A stretch of DNA of 64,000 bases from Candidatus Woesearchaeota archaeon (GTDB lineage: Archaea; Nanobdellota; Nanobdellia; Woesearchaeales; UBA9642): positions 10,275 through 74,274 of the forward strand of contig JAWABG010000002.1 of assembly GCA_038884715.1 (NCBI GenBank), read 5' to 3'. Shown here piece after piece: positions 55,835-64,000 of the stretch; within the stretch, counting starts at the first letter, position 1; each line of letters starts with the position of its first letter. The position numbers and the translations under genes were made by a program. The notes under the pieces were generated by a model, which saw nothing but the letters and a program-made list of their open reading frames with translations, was not told where the DNA came from and searched no databases.

Positions 55835-56944
55835 TTAATTGTCGTTGAGATAATCTTTTGAAAATTCTTTATAAAATTTATTAAATTCACCTTCTTTAAT
55901 TGCGATTCGTGCCTTTCTCAATAATTCTTGCATAAAAAATAAGTTATGTATTGACTTATACCTTTTTGCTGCAGGCTCGTCGATTTTTGAAATGTAATAA
56001 ATGTATGCTCTTGTGAAATTTTTGCAAACAAGACATTTACATTGTTCATCAATAGGATTTTTATCGTTTTTGTATTTCTGTTTATTAATTTCAATTTTTC
56101 CTTTCCATGTAAATAATGTGTTATGCCTTGCATTCTTTGTTGGATATACAGAGTCAAAACAATCAATGCCTTTTCCTATGCATTTAAGAACATCAAGAGG
56201 ACTTCCAACACCCATTAAATAATGTGGCTTATCTTTAGCTTTCTTATTAACAATAGGAAGAGTCCAATTTAATACCTTGTACATTTCTTCTTTTTTTTCT
56301 CCTATTGCTAATCCTCCTATTGAAATCCCATCAAAATCTTGATTTGTCATAAATTGTGCACTTTCTAATCTAAGATCCTTAAAAAAACCACCTTGAATTA
56401 TGCCAAAAATTGCCTGCTTATTATTGTTATGATATTTTAAGGATTCGAGCGCCCAGTTATTTGTGTGCTTTAGCGCTTTTTTAAAAATTTCTTTATTTGA
56501 TCCATAAGCCTGCATATCATCTAAAGCCATGATTGCATCGCTTCCTATTGCGTTTTGAATAAATATAGCTTTTTCAGGAGTAAGTAATTCTATTTTGTTT
56601 GTTCTTAGATTCTTGAAAACAATTCCTTTGTCTATTGTCTTTACATAAAAACTTTCCCTGCTTATCTGGAAGCCACCACAATCACTAAAAATAACATCCT
56701 GATAATTCATAAACCTATGAATTCCCCCAAACTTTTTTATTATTTCTATTCCAGGGTTCTGTGAAAGTATATAACTATTGCAGATAATTGCGTTTGAGTT
56801 GATTTCTTTATAATCATCACTGCCGATGTATTTTCCAACTCCCCTTGTAGCAACAGGCATAAAAAAAGGAGTTTCAACTTTTCTTCCATTAAGAATAAGA
56901 ATTCCTACTCTTGCTGATTTGTCCTCATTTAGTATTTTAAACAT
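55835..56944 (-). CDS. tgt: tRNA-guanine transglycosylase, catalytic domain only
   Basis: FMPVATRG, DCGGFQ and GLAIGE motifs, and a zinc site CKCLVCKN...H. At 369 aa it has no C-terminal PUA-type domains. Confidence 0.85.
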   Translation of the reverse strand: MFKILNEDKSARVGILILNGRKVETPFFMPVATRGVGKYIGSDDYKEINSNAIICNSYILSQNPGIEIIKKFGGIHRFMNYQDVIFSDCGGFQISRESFYVKTIDKGIVFKNLRTNKIELLTPEKAIFIQNAIGSDAIMALDDMQAYGSNKEIFKKALKHTNNWALESLKYHNNNKQAIFGIIQGGFFKDLRLESAQFMTNQDFDGISIGGLAIGEKKEEMYKVLNWTLPIVNKKAKDKPHYLMGVGSPLDVLKCIGKGIDCFDSVYPTKNARHNTLFTWKGKIEINKQKYKNDKNPIDEQCKCLVCKNFTRAYIYYISKIDEPAAKRYKSIHNLFFMQELLRKARIAIKEGEFNKFYKEFSKDYLNDN

Positions 56945-57002
56945 ATTTTGAGATAAAGATAAAATAGGTTTATATTTTTAATGGTGTGTTGTTTTATAAT
57001 CC

Positions 57003-58220
57003 CTAATCAATCAATGTTGAATCAATATTCAGAACAAGATTCGCCTCTTCAATAATTCTTTTTTCATATTCATATTGTTTTTCTTCTTCTCTTTTTTCCT
57101 TCGAAAACACTTTTATTAGTTCTATTGCTTTTTCTTTTTCATCGAAGTTTACTTTTATCTTTCCAAGATTCTCTTCTATTATCGCTTTCTCAATCTCTTC
57201 TGGTTTCTCATAGATTGTTTTAATATCTTCATAATCCTTTGATAATAATTTGTTTGTATTTTTTAACACAAAGAAAGCTCCTTTATTATAAAAATTTTCA
57301 AATATCTCTTTGAAATGTATATCTTGGGGTTTACCCTCCCTAAGTTTTCCTTCTATTCTTATAGTGATTATTGTATTAATAAATTCTTGTTGTTTTGTCT
57401 TGTTTATTATTTCTTCTTCTACATCTGTTGGTAGTTTGTTATTTGCATTAATTGTAATTGTGAATACATTCTTTGTATTAATATCAATTTTTTTTATCTC
57501 TCCGTCTTCATAAATTACAAAACTGCCACTTTTTATTTTTTCTATTTCTTGGAAATTTGTAGGAAATATTGGACCCGGATAAACAACATTTTTATATCCG
57601 TCCTCAGATGATTGATTAAAAAAGTGTAAATGACCTCCTGCATAATAATCAAAGTTTTTTGGCAATAATGATAATGGCGTGCTTTCTATTTGTTCAAATT
57701 CTTGACTTCTTAATTCTGTTATTGCATTATGGAACATGAATATCTTAAAACCTTGCTCCTCTTCTAGTTGTGTTTTATCTAGGGCTTCATAATATTTTTT
57801 GTCTAACATTCCTCTCTTACCCATTATTCCAGTTATTTTTGCTCCTGTTTTTTTATCTATAGTAAATATTAATTTTAGTGTGTTATTATCAACTCTTCCT
57901 TTTACAACATTCTTTAATAGTTCTGCTTCCTCCAACACATCAATCATCGTTTTTCCTGAAGGACTATAATCATGGCTTCCGGGAATAATATATATTGGTA
58001 TTTCCCAATTTTTTAATTCTTTCAACTTTTTAATTACTTGTTTTAAGTTTTCAATGCTTGGCAGAGCTGTATTAAACAAATCTCCAGAAATAAGAAGAAA
58101 GTCAATATTTTCTTCCATACAAATGTCTATTGCCTTTGAGAATGACTCCATACTTAACTCCTTTAACTTCTCGTCTCTAAAGCTACCAATGTGGACGTCT
58201 GCCATATGTGCAAATTTCAT
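57003..58220 (-). CDS. mre11: Mre11/SbcD-type metallophosphoesterase nuclease
   Basis: HMADVHIG, SGDLF, GSHD and GGHLH motifs in the canonical order. Confidence 0.7.
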   Translation of the reverse strand: MKFAHMADVHIGSFRDEKLKELSMESFSKAIDICMEENIDFLLISGDLFNTALPSIENLKQVIKKLKELKNWEIPIYIIPGSHDYSPSGKTMIDVLEEAELLKNVVKGRVDNNTLKLIFTIDKKTGAKITGIMGKRGMLDKKYYEALDKTQLEEEQGFKIFMFHNAITELRSQEFEQIESTPLSLLPKNFDYYAGGHLHFFNQSSEDGYKNVVYPGPIFPTNFQEIEKIKSGSFVIYEDGEIKKIDINTKNVFTITINANNKLPTDVEEEIINKTKQQEFINTIITIRIEGKLREGKPQDIHFKEIFENFYNKGAFFVLKNTNKLLSKDYEDIKTIYEKPEEIEKAIIEENLGKIKVNFDEKEKAIELIKVFSKEKREEEKQYEYEKRIIEEANLVLNIDSTLID

Positions 58221-58365
58221 ATGATTGGAAAAGAGACGTTTTATTTATATTTTTTCATCGTAGAAAAGATTTGTTGTTAACACCAAAATTCGAATGAACA
58301 TTTTGAACAAGTAGCAAAATCTGACTTAAAATACCTATTTTCCAAATATTTTCTTAGGTGATATT

Positions 58366-58794
58366 ATGGTTAGTTTAGTTGTAAAAGATTATATGATTAA
58401 GCAAGTGATAACATTTAATAAAAATGATTCTATTATTGATATTTGTCAGACAATGGCGGATAGAAGCATAAGCTGTGTAATAATAGTTGAGAAAGGTAAG
58501 CCTATAGGGTTAGTTACTGAGAGGGATATAATAAAAAAAATTGTCAGCAAAAATATGTGTATTGATACATTAAAAGCCAAAGATGTAATGAGTAAAAAGG
58601 TTTTAACTATTGCTGAGGACGAGAACATATTCAATATAGTAAAAATTATGGAGAAAAACCATATAAGAAGGCTTCCCGTTGTTCGAGGGGTGAAAGTTGT
58701 TGGTTTGATTACTCAGACAGACTTGGTAAAGGCGATGAGTGATATTGCAATAAAGATGAATGAGCAACTGGTAAGATTTATTACTAATAATTAG
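58366..58794 (+). CDS. CBS-domain pair protein
   Basis: Two CBS repeats (VTERDIIKKI, ITQTDLVKAM). Confidence 0.8.
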   Translation: MVSLVVKDYMIKQVITFNKNDSIIDICQTMADRSISCVIIVEKGKPIGLVTERDIIKKIVSKNMCIDTLKAKDVMSKKVLTIAEDENIFNIVKIMEKNHIRRLPVVRGVKVVGLITQTDLVKAMSDIAIKMNEQLVRFITNN

Positions 58795-58813
58795 GAAAAA
58801 TAGGGGTGTTTTT

Positions 58814-59566
58814 ATGACTCGTGTTAAAACAGGCATTCAGGGTTTTGATAAACTAGTTGAAGGAGGATTCCCAAAAGGTAGCGCTATATTATATACGGGA
58901 ACTCCTGGAACTGGAAAGACAATATTTGGATTAGAGTTCTTGATTAATGGTTGCGTTAAGTTTAAAGAAAAAGGTCTTTTTGTTACATTTGAAGAAGGAA
59001 GAGATGATATTCTTAGACAATCAGAGCAATTTAGTTGGAATCTTCTTGCTTTGGAAAAGATAGGCATGTTTACGATGTGGAATATTCAAGCTAAAAATAT
59101 TAGTCGTAAGACTTCGCAGGATATTATAGAGTTCTGCAAAAAGAATAAAGTCAAAAGATTGGTTGTTGATAGTCTTAGTACTCTTGCAGTTAATGCTCCT
59201 GTTTTTACTGTTGCTGAAGAGTTATCCGTAAGTGAGGTCATGAATGAAAAGACATTCATCAGTCCTCCTATTGTTGGTGATGTTATTATTAAAAGATTTA
59301 TTTATAATTTTATTGCTGACTTGAAATCCTTGAAGGACACTGTGTCATTATTAATTTCTGAAAACAGCGTTCACTCTGAATTCTTATCAAGGGATACTAT
59401 ATCAGAGTTTTTATGTGACGGAGTAATTGTTGTGACATTCGAATCTTTAGGTGGAGAATATTCGCGTTCTTTACTCGTAAGAAAAATGAGACAAACAAAT
59501 AATGACGAAGATATACATCCATTGGAAATAAGTAAAACAGGAATTGTTATACATGACATAAAATAA
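58814..59566 (+). CDS. KaiC/RadA-like RecA-superfamily ATPase
   Basis: VKTGIQGFDKLVEGGFPKGSAILYTGTPGTGKT, with Walker B LVVDSLS. Confidence 0.75.
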   Translation: MTRVKTGIQGFDKLVEGGFPKGSAILYTGTPGTGKTIFGLEFLINGCVKFKEKGLFVTFEEGRDDILRQSEQFSWNLLALEKIGMFTMWNIQAKNISRKTSQDIIEFCKKNKVKRLVVDSLSTLAVNAPVFTVAEELSVSEVMNEKTFISPPIVGDVIIKRFIYNFIADLKSLKDTVSLLISENSVHSEFLSRDTISEFLCDGVIVVTFESLGGEYSRSLLVRKMRQTNNDEDIHPLEISKTGIVIHDIK

Positions 59567-59796
59567 TTATTCAATTTGTTGAGATTTAAAAATTAACCAA
59601 GATTATTTTTTATAAGTAGCTTAAATATTAAATAAAAAAGAAAAAATTAATAAATGCAATACCTTTGTATATTATTATAAGAAAATATTTGTGTATTATT
59701 TAGGAAAGCTGTTAAAAATGGATAAGAGAAGAGTAAACTGTTTGGTTTTTAGCATAAAAATACAAAATTTTGTTATTATTTAAATAGGTTACAAAT

Positions 59797-60255
59797 ATGA
59801 AGGTTAAACATGTATTCGTTGCAATACTTGATGTGAATGAATTATTACCTTTTAGTCTCAAACGAACAAAAGACCTAAGCGGGGGTATTAAACAACAAGA
59901 AAACGCTAAAAAAGAACTCGTAAAATTTATAGATATGTTAGAAAAGTTATATGGTCAACATATTTATTACATTGGAACTGACATAATAGAAGCAAAAACA
60001 TACGAAAGATTTATATTTCAAAAAGAAGGATTTTTTGAAGTGATGATGGAAGCACCGCTTGCAATGAATGCTCATTTTGTTGAAGAGAAAGACGCGGAGA
60101 GATTCCTAAAGGCAATAAAAGAGGTATTAAATAAAATATTACCTAATTCTCCTATAAAAAAGATTTTCCTTGAGTCAATACATGTACAAAGTGAGAAAGA
60201 CCAGTCATTAACTTTTAATATGTGGAATACACTTAAAGAGATTAGAAACAAATAA
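59797..60255 (+). CDS. Hypothetical protein
   Basis: 152-aa ORF with no motif I recognise. Confidence 0.35.
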   Translation: MKVKHVFVAILDVNELLPFSLKRTKDLSGGIKQQENAKKELVKFIDMLEKLYGQHIYYIGTDIIEAKTYERFIFQKEGFFEVMMEAPLAMNAHFVEEKDAERFLKAIKEVLNKILPNSPIKKIFLESIHVQSEKDQSLTFNMWNTLKEIRNK

Positions 60256-60535
60256 AAAATAGATGTTATATTATGAGAAATTAGCAATTTTTATAGCAAT
60301 AAGAAATATAAAATATTAATAGAAATATAAAATATTATATTATATTTTCCGTTTATATTAAAACCAGTTTCCTATTCTTTAATAAACTAAAAACTTTTAG
60401 TGAATCATAAAATTCATATTTTATGAATAATATGAATAAATAACAATATGGATTCTTAAAACAAAAACCACACAAAATAAAATTATAATAAATAGTATTA
60501 ATTAATAAAAAATAAATTTTCAACTTAACTCTTCT

Positions 60536-62245
60536 TTAATAGACTATAATATCCTTCCATACATATTTATTTTCTGGCCAACTAATACCCAAACAACAAG
60601 CCCTATTTGGTGTTGATGGTGGTAACGGTAAGAAACATTCACTGTGAGCAAACCATTCTAGAGTTAGCGGGTCAAAATTACAAGGATTTGGGTTACATTC
60701 TTCTTGCTGGTAAACACAAGCACCTAATGAATCAAGATAAAAATATCCTTCAGGACACCAGGTGTTTGAATTACTACAAATAATTCTGTGTTCGTCAATG
60801 TTTTCTAGTACTGTATACGGCTGGTTGCATATTGGTGCGGGTGACTGTGAGTTATCATCATCATAAACACAGGCGTTTGGATTATAACACCACTGGTTTG
60901 GTCGGTTATTTGGATAGTCTGGTATCCAGTAACAGCTTATATTATTTGGTGGGTTCGCTCCTGTTAATCCGCATATCATTGGAATAAGTGTTTGTGTAGT
61001 TGTTACATTAATACTAATTGTAATGTTGTCTGTTGCACCATAACTGTCGCTTAACAAAAAATTAACAAAATATTTAGTGTTTGGTGTTACGCCTATACTA
61101 CTCCACGAAAATTCCCATTTATCTTGATTATCAATCCTTGAAATAGTTGGAATGTTTAATGGAAGATTGTGAGTTATTGTGAGTGTTAATGTTCCTTCTA
61201 TATCATAGTCCCTGTCTTGATCTCTTCCTGAAACATTTAACTTAATTGTTTCCGGAAGTGTAATAAAAAACTCTTCATCATTGTTCGGTTCTATGATTTC
61301 TGGCGCTTTATTAATATTGTAAACTCTTATTGTATTATTTTTTGTATCTTGTGTGTTTGAGTTTAAGTCTGTCATAGTATAAAAAAAATTGTAGTCTATA
61401 AAGTTATTTCCCCCACTCGTCTGGTTAGGTGTCCACGATAATCTCCATCTCGTTATTCTTGGATATGGAGAACCTATTAAATAAATAATTGGTTCTGTAA
61501 TAATTGGATTAGAGCTGTAAGATAAATTTAGTGTGTGTGTGTTAGAATTGTTAGCTATAATAATTAATTCAACTGGTTGTAGTTCATATGCATTCTTATT
61601 TGGCACATCTTGCAGGGTTGCTGCACAATAAGGCATTGGATCACAATCTCTATCTAAGCAATCTATTCTTCCATCACAATCATTATCATGATTGTCACTG
61701 CACCAGTTTAGTGATCCACCAGGATATTCTGTGTTTAAATTATTAGTATTTTCCCAAGAATAGTGGGGTACAAATTTTCCTAAGTCATACCTACATTTAT
61801 AGTATCCACTTCCACATTGATACCCACCTTGTTCATTTCCATCAGAGCACTCAGTTGTTACATTGCATATTAAGATTGAAGGTCTGCATTCTTGGTTTAT
61901 GTTACTACAAACACAGTTACCATTAGTACATATACCAGAACATGAACTATCTTGATTAATTGGATTATAAATAATCATCTCATTATCTCTATAATTACAA
62001 TTATCACTTGGGCAGTGTGCTCCCGAACATACCACACCATTTCGACTTGAATCCGAAAAACACGAACATGAACATCCTTGATCACTACATCTTGGAGCAA
62101 AGCATGTATCACAATTATTTGTTCCTAGTAAGCAAACTCCATAATAATTAGTGCAACTACAAGTTCCTTGAGAACTAACAAAACGAATAAACGAAATAAT
62201 AAATGAAATTAAAAACAATAAAAATAGTAATAATTTCTTTTTCAT
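60536..62245 (-). CDS. Secreted, extremely Cys-rich protein with a DxDxDCDG metal-binding-like motif and a central Ig-like region
   Basis: Signal peptide MKKKLLLFLLFLISFIISF. The Cys-rich N- and C-terminal thirds carry more than 50 Cys in total. WCSDNHDNDCDGRIDCLDRDCD. No C-terminal anchor. I prefer the ATG at 62245 to the TTG at 62290. Confidence 0.55.
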   Translation of the reverse strand: MKKKLLLFLLFLISFIISFIRFVSSQGTCSCTNYYGVCLLGTNNCDTCFAPRCSDQGCSCSCFSDSSRNGVVCSGAHCPSDNCNYRDNEMIIYNPINQDSSCSGICTNGNCVCSNINQECRPSILICNVTTECSDGNEQGGYQCGSGYYKCRYDLGKFVPHYSWENTNNLNTEYPGGSLNWCSDNHDNDCDGRIDCLDRDCDPMPYCAATLQDVPNKNAYELQPVELIIIANNSNTHTLNLSYSSNPIITEPIIYLIGSPYPRITRWRLSWTPNQTSGGNNFIDYNFFYTMTDLNSNTQDTKNNTIRVYNINKAPEIIEPNNDEEFFITLPETIKLNVSGRDQDRDYDIEGTLTLTITHNLPLNIPTISRIDNQDKWEFSWSSIGVTPNTKYFVNFLLSDSYGATDNITISINVTTTQTLIPMICGLTGANPPNNISCYWIPDYPNNRPNQWCYNPNACVYDDDNSQSPAPICNQPYTVLENIDEHRIICSNSNTWCPEGYFYLDSLGACVYQQEECNPNPCNFDPLTLEWFAHSECFLPLPPSTPNRACCLGISWPENKYVWKDIIVY

Positions 62246-62331
62246 AATTATCTTAACTAAGAACCAGGATTTAAATATTTTTCTTATCAAAACTATTTCA
62301 GATTTCCAATAATTATTTAAATAAAATAATT

Positions 62332-63240
62332 ATGTTTCTATTTATGGAAAAAGAAATTCTTAACGACTATATAAAAGCTGGAAAAATTGCTGCAAAAGCA
62401 TTAAAATATGGTAAAAAATTAATTCAGATAGATGCTTCACTTTTGGATGTTTGCGAGAAAGTTGAGCAAAAAATTATTGATTTAGGTGGGCAAATAGCGT
62501 TTCCTGTACAGATTTCCTTAAACAACATAGCTGCACATTTTTGTCCTGATGCAGATGATCAGACAGTATTCAAAGAAGAAGATCTGGCAAAACTTGATGT
62601 TGGAGTTCACATTAATGGTTATATTGGTGATACAGCTTTATCTGTTGATCTCGGAGATAATAAAGAACTTGTTAAGGCGTCGGAAGAAGCATTAGATAAT
62701 GCATTGAAAATCATTAAAGAAGGGGTAACTCTTGCTGAAATCGGGAGGACAATTCAGGATTCAATAACAAAATATGGATATAGCCCCATAAAAAACCTTT
62801 CTGGTCATGGTTTAAGTCAATGGAAGATTCATCATAAGCCTAATATTCCAAACTTTGACACAAAAGATAATACTAGATTGGAAAAAAGCATGGTTATCGC
62901 TATTGAGCCTTTTGCTACAAATGGTGTGGGTACAATTTTTGAAAGTAGCAACCCTACGTTGTTTTCATTAGTTCAAAAAAAATCTGTTAGAAGCAATTTT
63001 GCAAGAGAAATTTTAAAGGAAATTGAACTCTATAACAACTTGCCATTTACTACAAGATGGCTGAGTAAAAAATTTGGTTTAGGAAAAACAAAACTTGCAC
63101 TTCGAGAGTTATTGCAAGCAGAAATAATTCAAGCTCACGTACCTTTGCCTGAAAAAGCTAACGGATTAGTAAGCCAAGCAGAACATACAGCAATTATTCT
63201 CGAAAAACCCATAATTACTACAAAAATCGATGAGGATTAA
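62332..63240 (+). CDS. map: Methionine aminopeptidase, type 2 (archaeal)
   Basis: AHFCPD, DVGVHINGYIGD, GHG and AIEPF metal-ligand motifs. An alternative start lies at 62344. Confidence 0.88.
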   Translation: MFLFMEKEILNDYIKAGKIAAKALKYGKKLIQIDASLLDVCEKVEQKIIDLGGQIAFPVQISLNNIAAHFCPDADDQTVFKEEDLAKLDVGVHINGYIGDTALSVDLGDNKELVKASEEALDNALKIIKEGVTLAEIGRTIQDSITKYGYSPIKNLSGHGLSQWKIHHKPNIPNFDTKDNTRLEKSMVIAIEPFATNGVGTIFESSNPTLFSLVQKKSVRSNFAREILKEIELYNNLPFTTRWLSKKFGLGKTKLALRELLQAEIIQAHVPLPEKANGLVSQAEHTAIILEKPIITTKIDED

Positions 63241-63399
63241 ATATTGATTGTTTTAATTTATTAATTTAAAGTAGATCTATTTATTTATAATAAAAATTTT
63301 GTATTTAGAGATTATATTTAGAGAGATTATATTAATCAGAAAGTAAAGTGAGTATTACTTTACAAAAACTTTTTAAACTCACATCCTTAATTTTTATCT

Positions 63400-64000
63400 A
63401 TGTTTGGATTTAGAAAAAAATTTCGTGATATGAATAGAGTTGAGAAGATAATTAAGATTCTATTAAAATATGAGATGGGTTATTTCTTGCAAAGAATAAA
63501 CTTAAGTATAAACAAACAGGCTCAAAAAGATTTACAACCCGAAACTCTCAGAATGATTTTGCAAGAGTTGGGAGGAGGATTTATTAAGTTAGGTCAATTC
63601 TTAAGTTTAAGGCCTGATCTTATCCCACACAGATACTGCGAAGAATTAAGCAGACTTCAAGATGAAGTTAAGCCATTCAGTGCAGAAGAGGTAAAAAAAA
63701 CTATTGAGACAGATTTGAAAAAACCAATTAACAAAATATTTAGTTATTTTGATTTTAAACCAATTGCCGCGGCAAGCATAGGTCAAGTACATACAGGTTT
63801 CTTAAAAGGAAAAAAAATTGCTGTCAAGGTTCAAAGACCACACATAAAAGAGATAATGAAAACAGATATAGAAATACTGGAATATTTTACAGAATTATTA
63901 AATAACAAAGCGCACAAATTACCACTAAATCCAATAAAAATATTTGAGGAATTTAAGTTGTATACAGAACACGAATTAAATTATTTAAATGAAGCTACAA
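63400..64000 (+). CDS. ABC1/UbiB-family atypical kinase, 3' end cut by the window edge
   Basis: Not in the ORF track because no stop is reached. Translated by hand: MFGFRKKFR...LGGGFIKLGQFLSLRPDLIP...AAASIGQVHTGFLKGKKIAVKVQRP, matching ABC1 motifs. Confidence 0.75.
   Translation, partial: MFGFRKKFRDMNRVEKIIKILLKYEMGYFLQRINLSINKQAQKDLQPETLRMILQELGGGFIKLGQFLSLRPDLIPHRYCEELSRLQDEVKPFSAEEVKKTIETDLKKPINKIFSYFDFKPIAAASIGQVHTGFLKGKKIAVKVQRPHIKEIMKTDIEILEYFTELLNNKAHKLPLNPIKIFEEFKLYTEHELNYLNEAT

Noticed and set aside
1-64000. CRISPR arrays, transposases, integrases, rRNA operons and toxin-antitoxin pairs
   Set aside because: I looked for regularly spaced 25-40-bp repeats, DDE/tyrosine-recombinase motifs and rRNA-like conserved blocks on both strands and saw none. 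The RHH genes are followed by giant structural genes rather than small toxin genes.

Overview
AT-rich (roughly 30% GC by eye), tightly packed archaeal fragment. The gene set fits a small-genome, DPANN-like archaeon: Cdc48, GatD/GatE, deoxyhypusine synthase, family-B DNA polymerase, ABCE1, TGT, TruD, TrmI, type-2 MetAP and Mre11. The lineage call is inference from gene content and composition only. About 60 protein genes are supported, and most are housekeeping. Main second-look items: (1) a minus-strand tRNA-Arg(CCU) gene at 17000-17263 split by three introns, in the D-loop (about 142 nt), at canonical 37/38 (12 nt) and in the T-loop (35 nt). Each intron has a bulge-helix-bulge-like junction, and removing all three gives a clean 75-nt cloverleaf. 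(2) A 10-kb same-strand array at 19958-30090 with two RHH regulators, a 1055-aa surface protein, and a 1598-aa protein joining an extracellular domain, a TM helix, a cytoplasmic HerA/FtsK-type ATPase and TPRs, followed by two coiled-coil proteins. I read this as a candidate undescribed envelope-spanning translocation or attachment module. (3) An unnamed 55-aa domain (F..dG....i.EL......M....F..H.....NDF.NWI) present five times in the window, including inside the giant ATPase and twice inside a glycogen cluster. (4) Two GC-rich non-coding islands, at 1268-1550 and 49610-49745, that look like structured RNAs. (5) A dCMP-to-dTDP cluster with a kinase-deaminase fusion, a tandem-duplicated ThyX with reciprocally degenerate motifs, and an expanded Tmk. 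(6) A eukaryote-type GT3 glycogen synthase beside an archaeal-type synthase and a GH57 enzyme. No CRISPR array, rRNA gene or recognisable mobile element was seen. All family calls come from motif recognition by eye, with no searches run.
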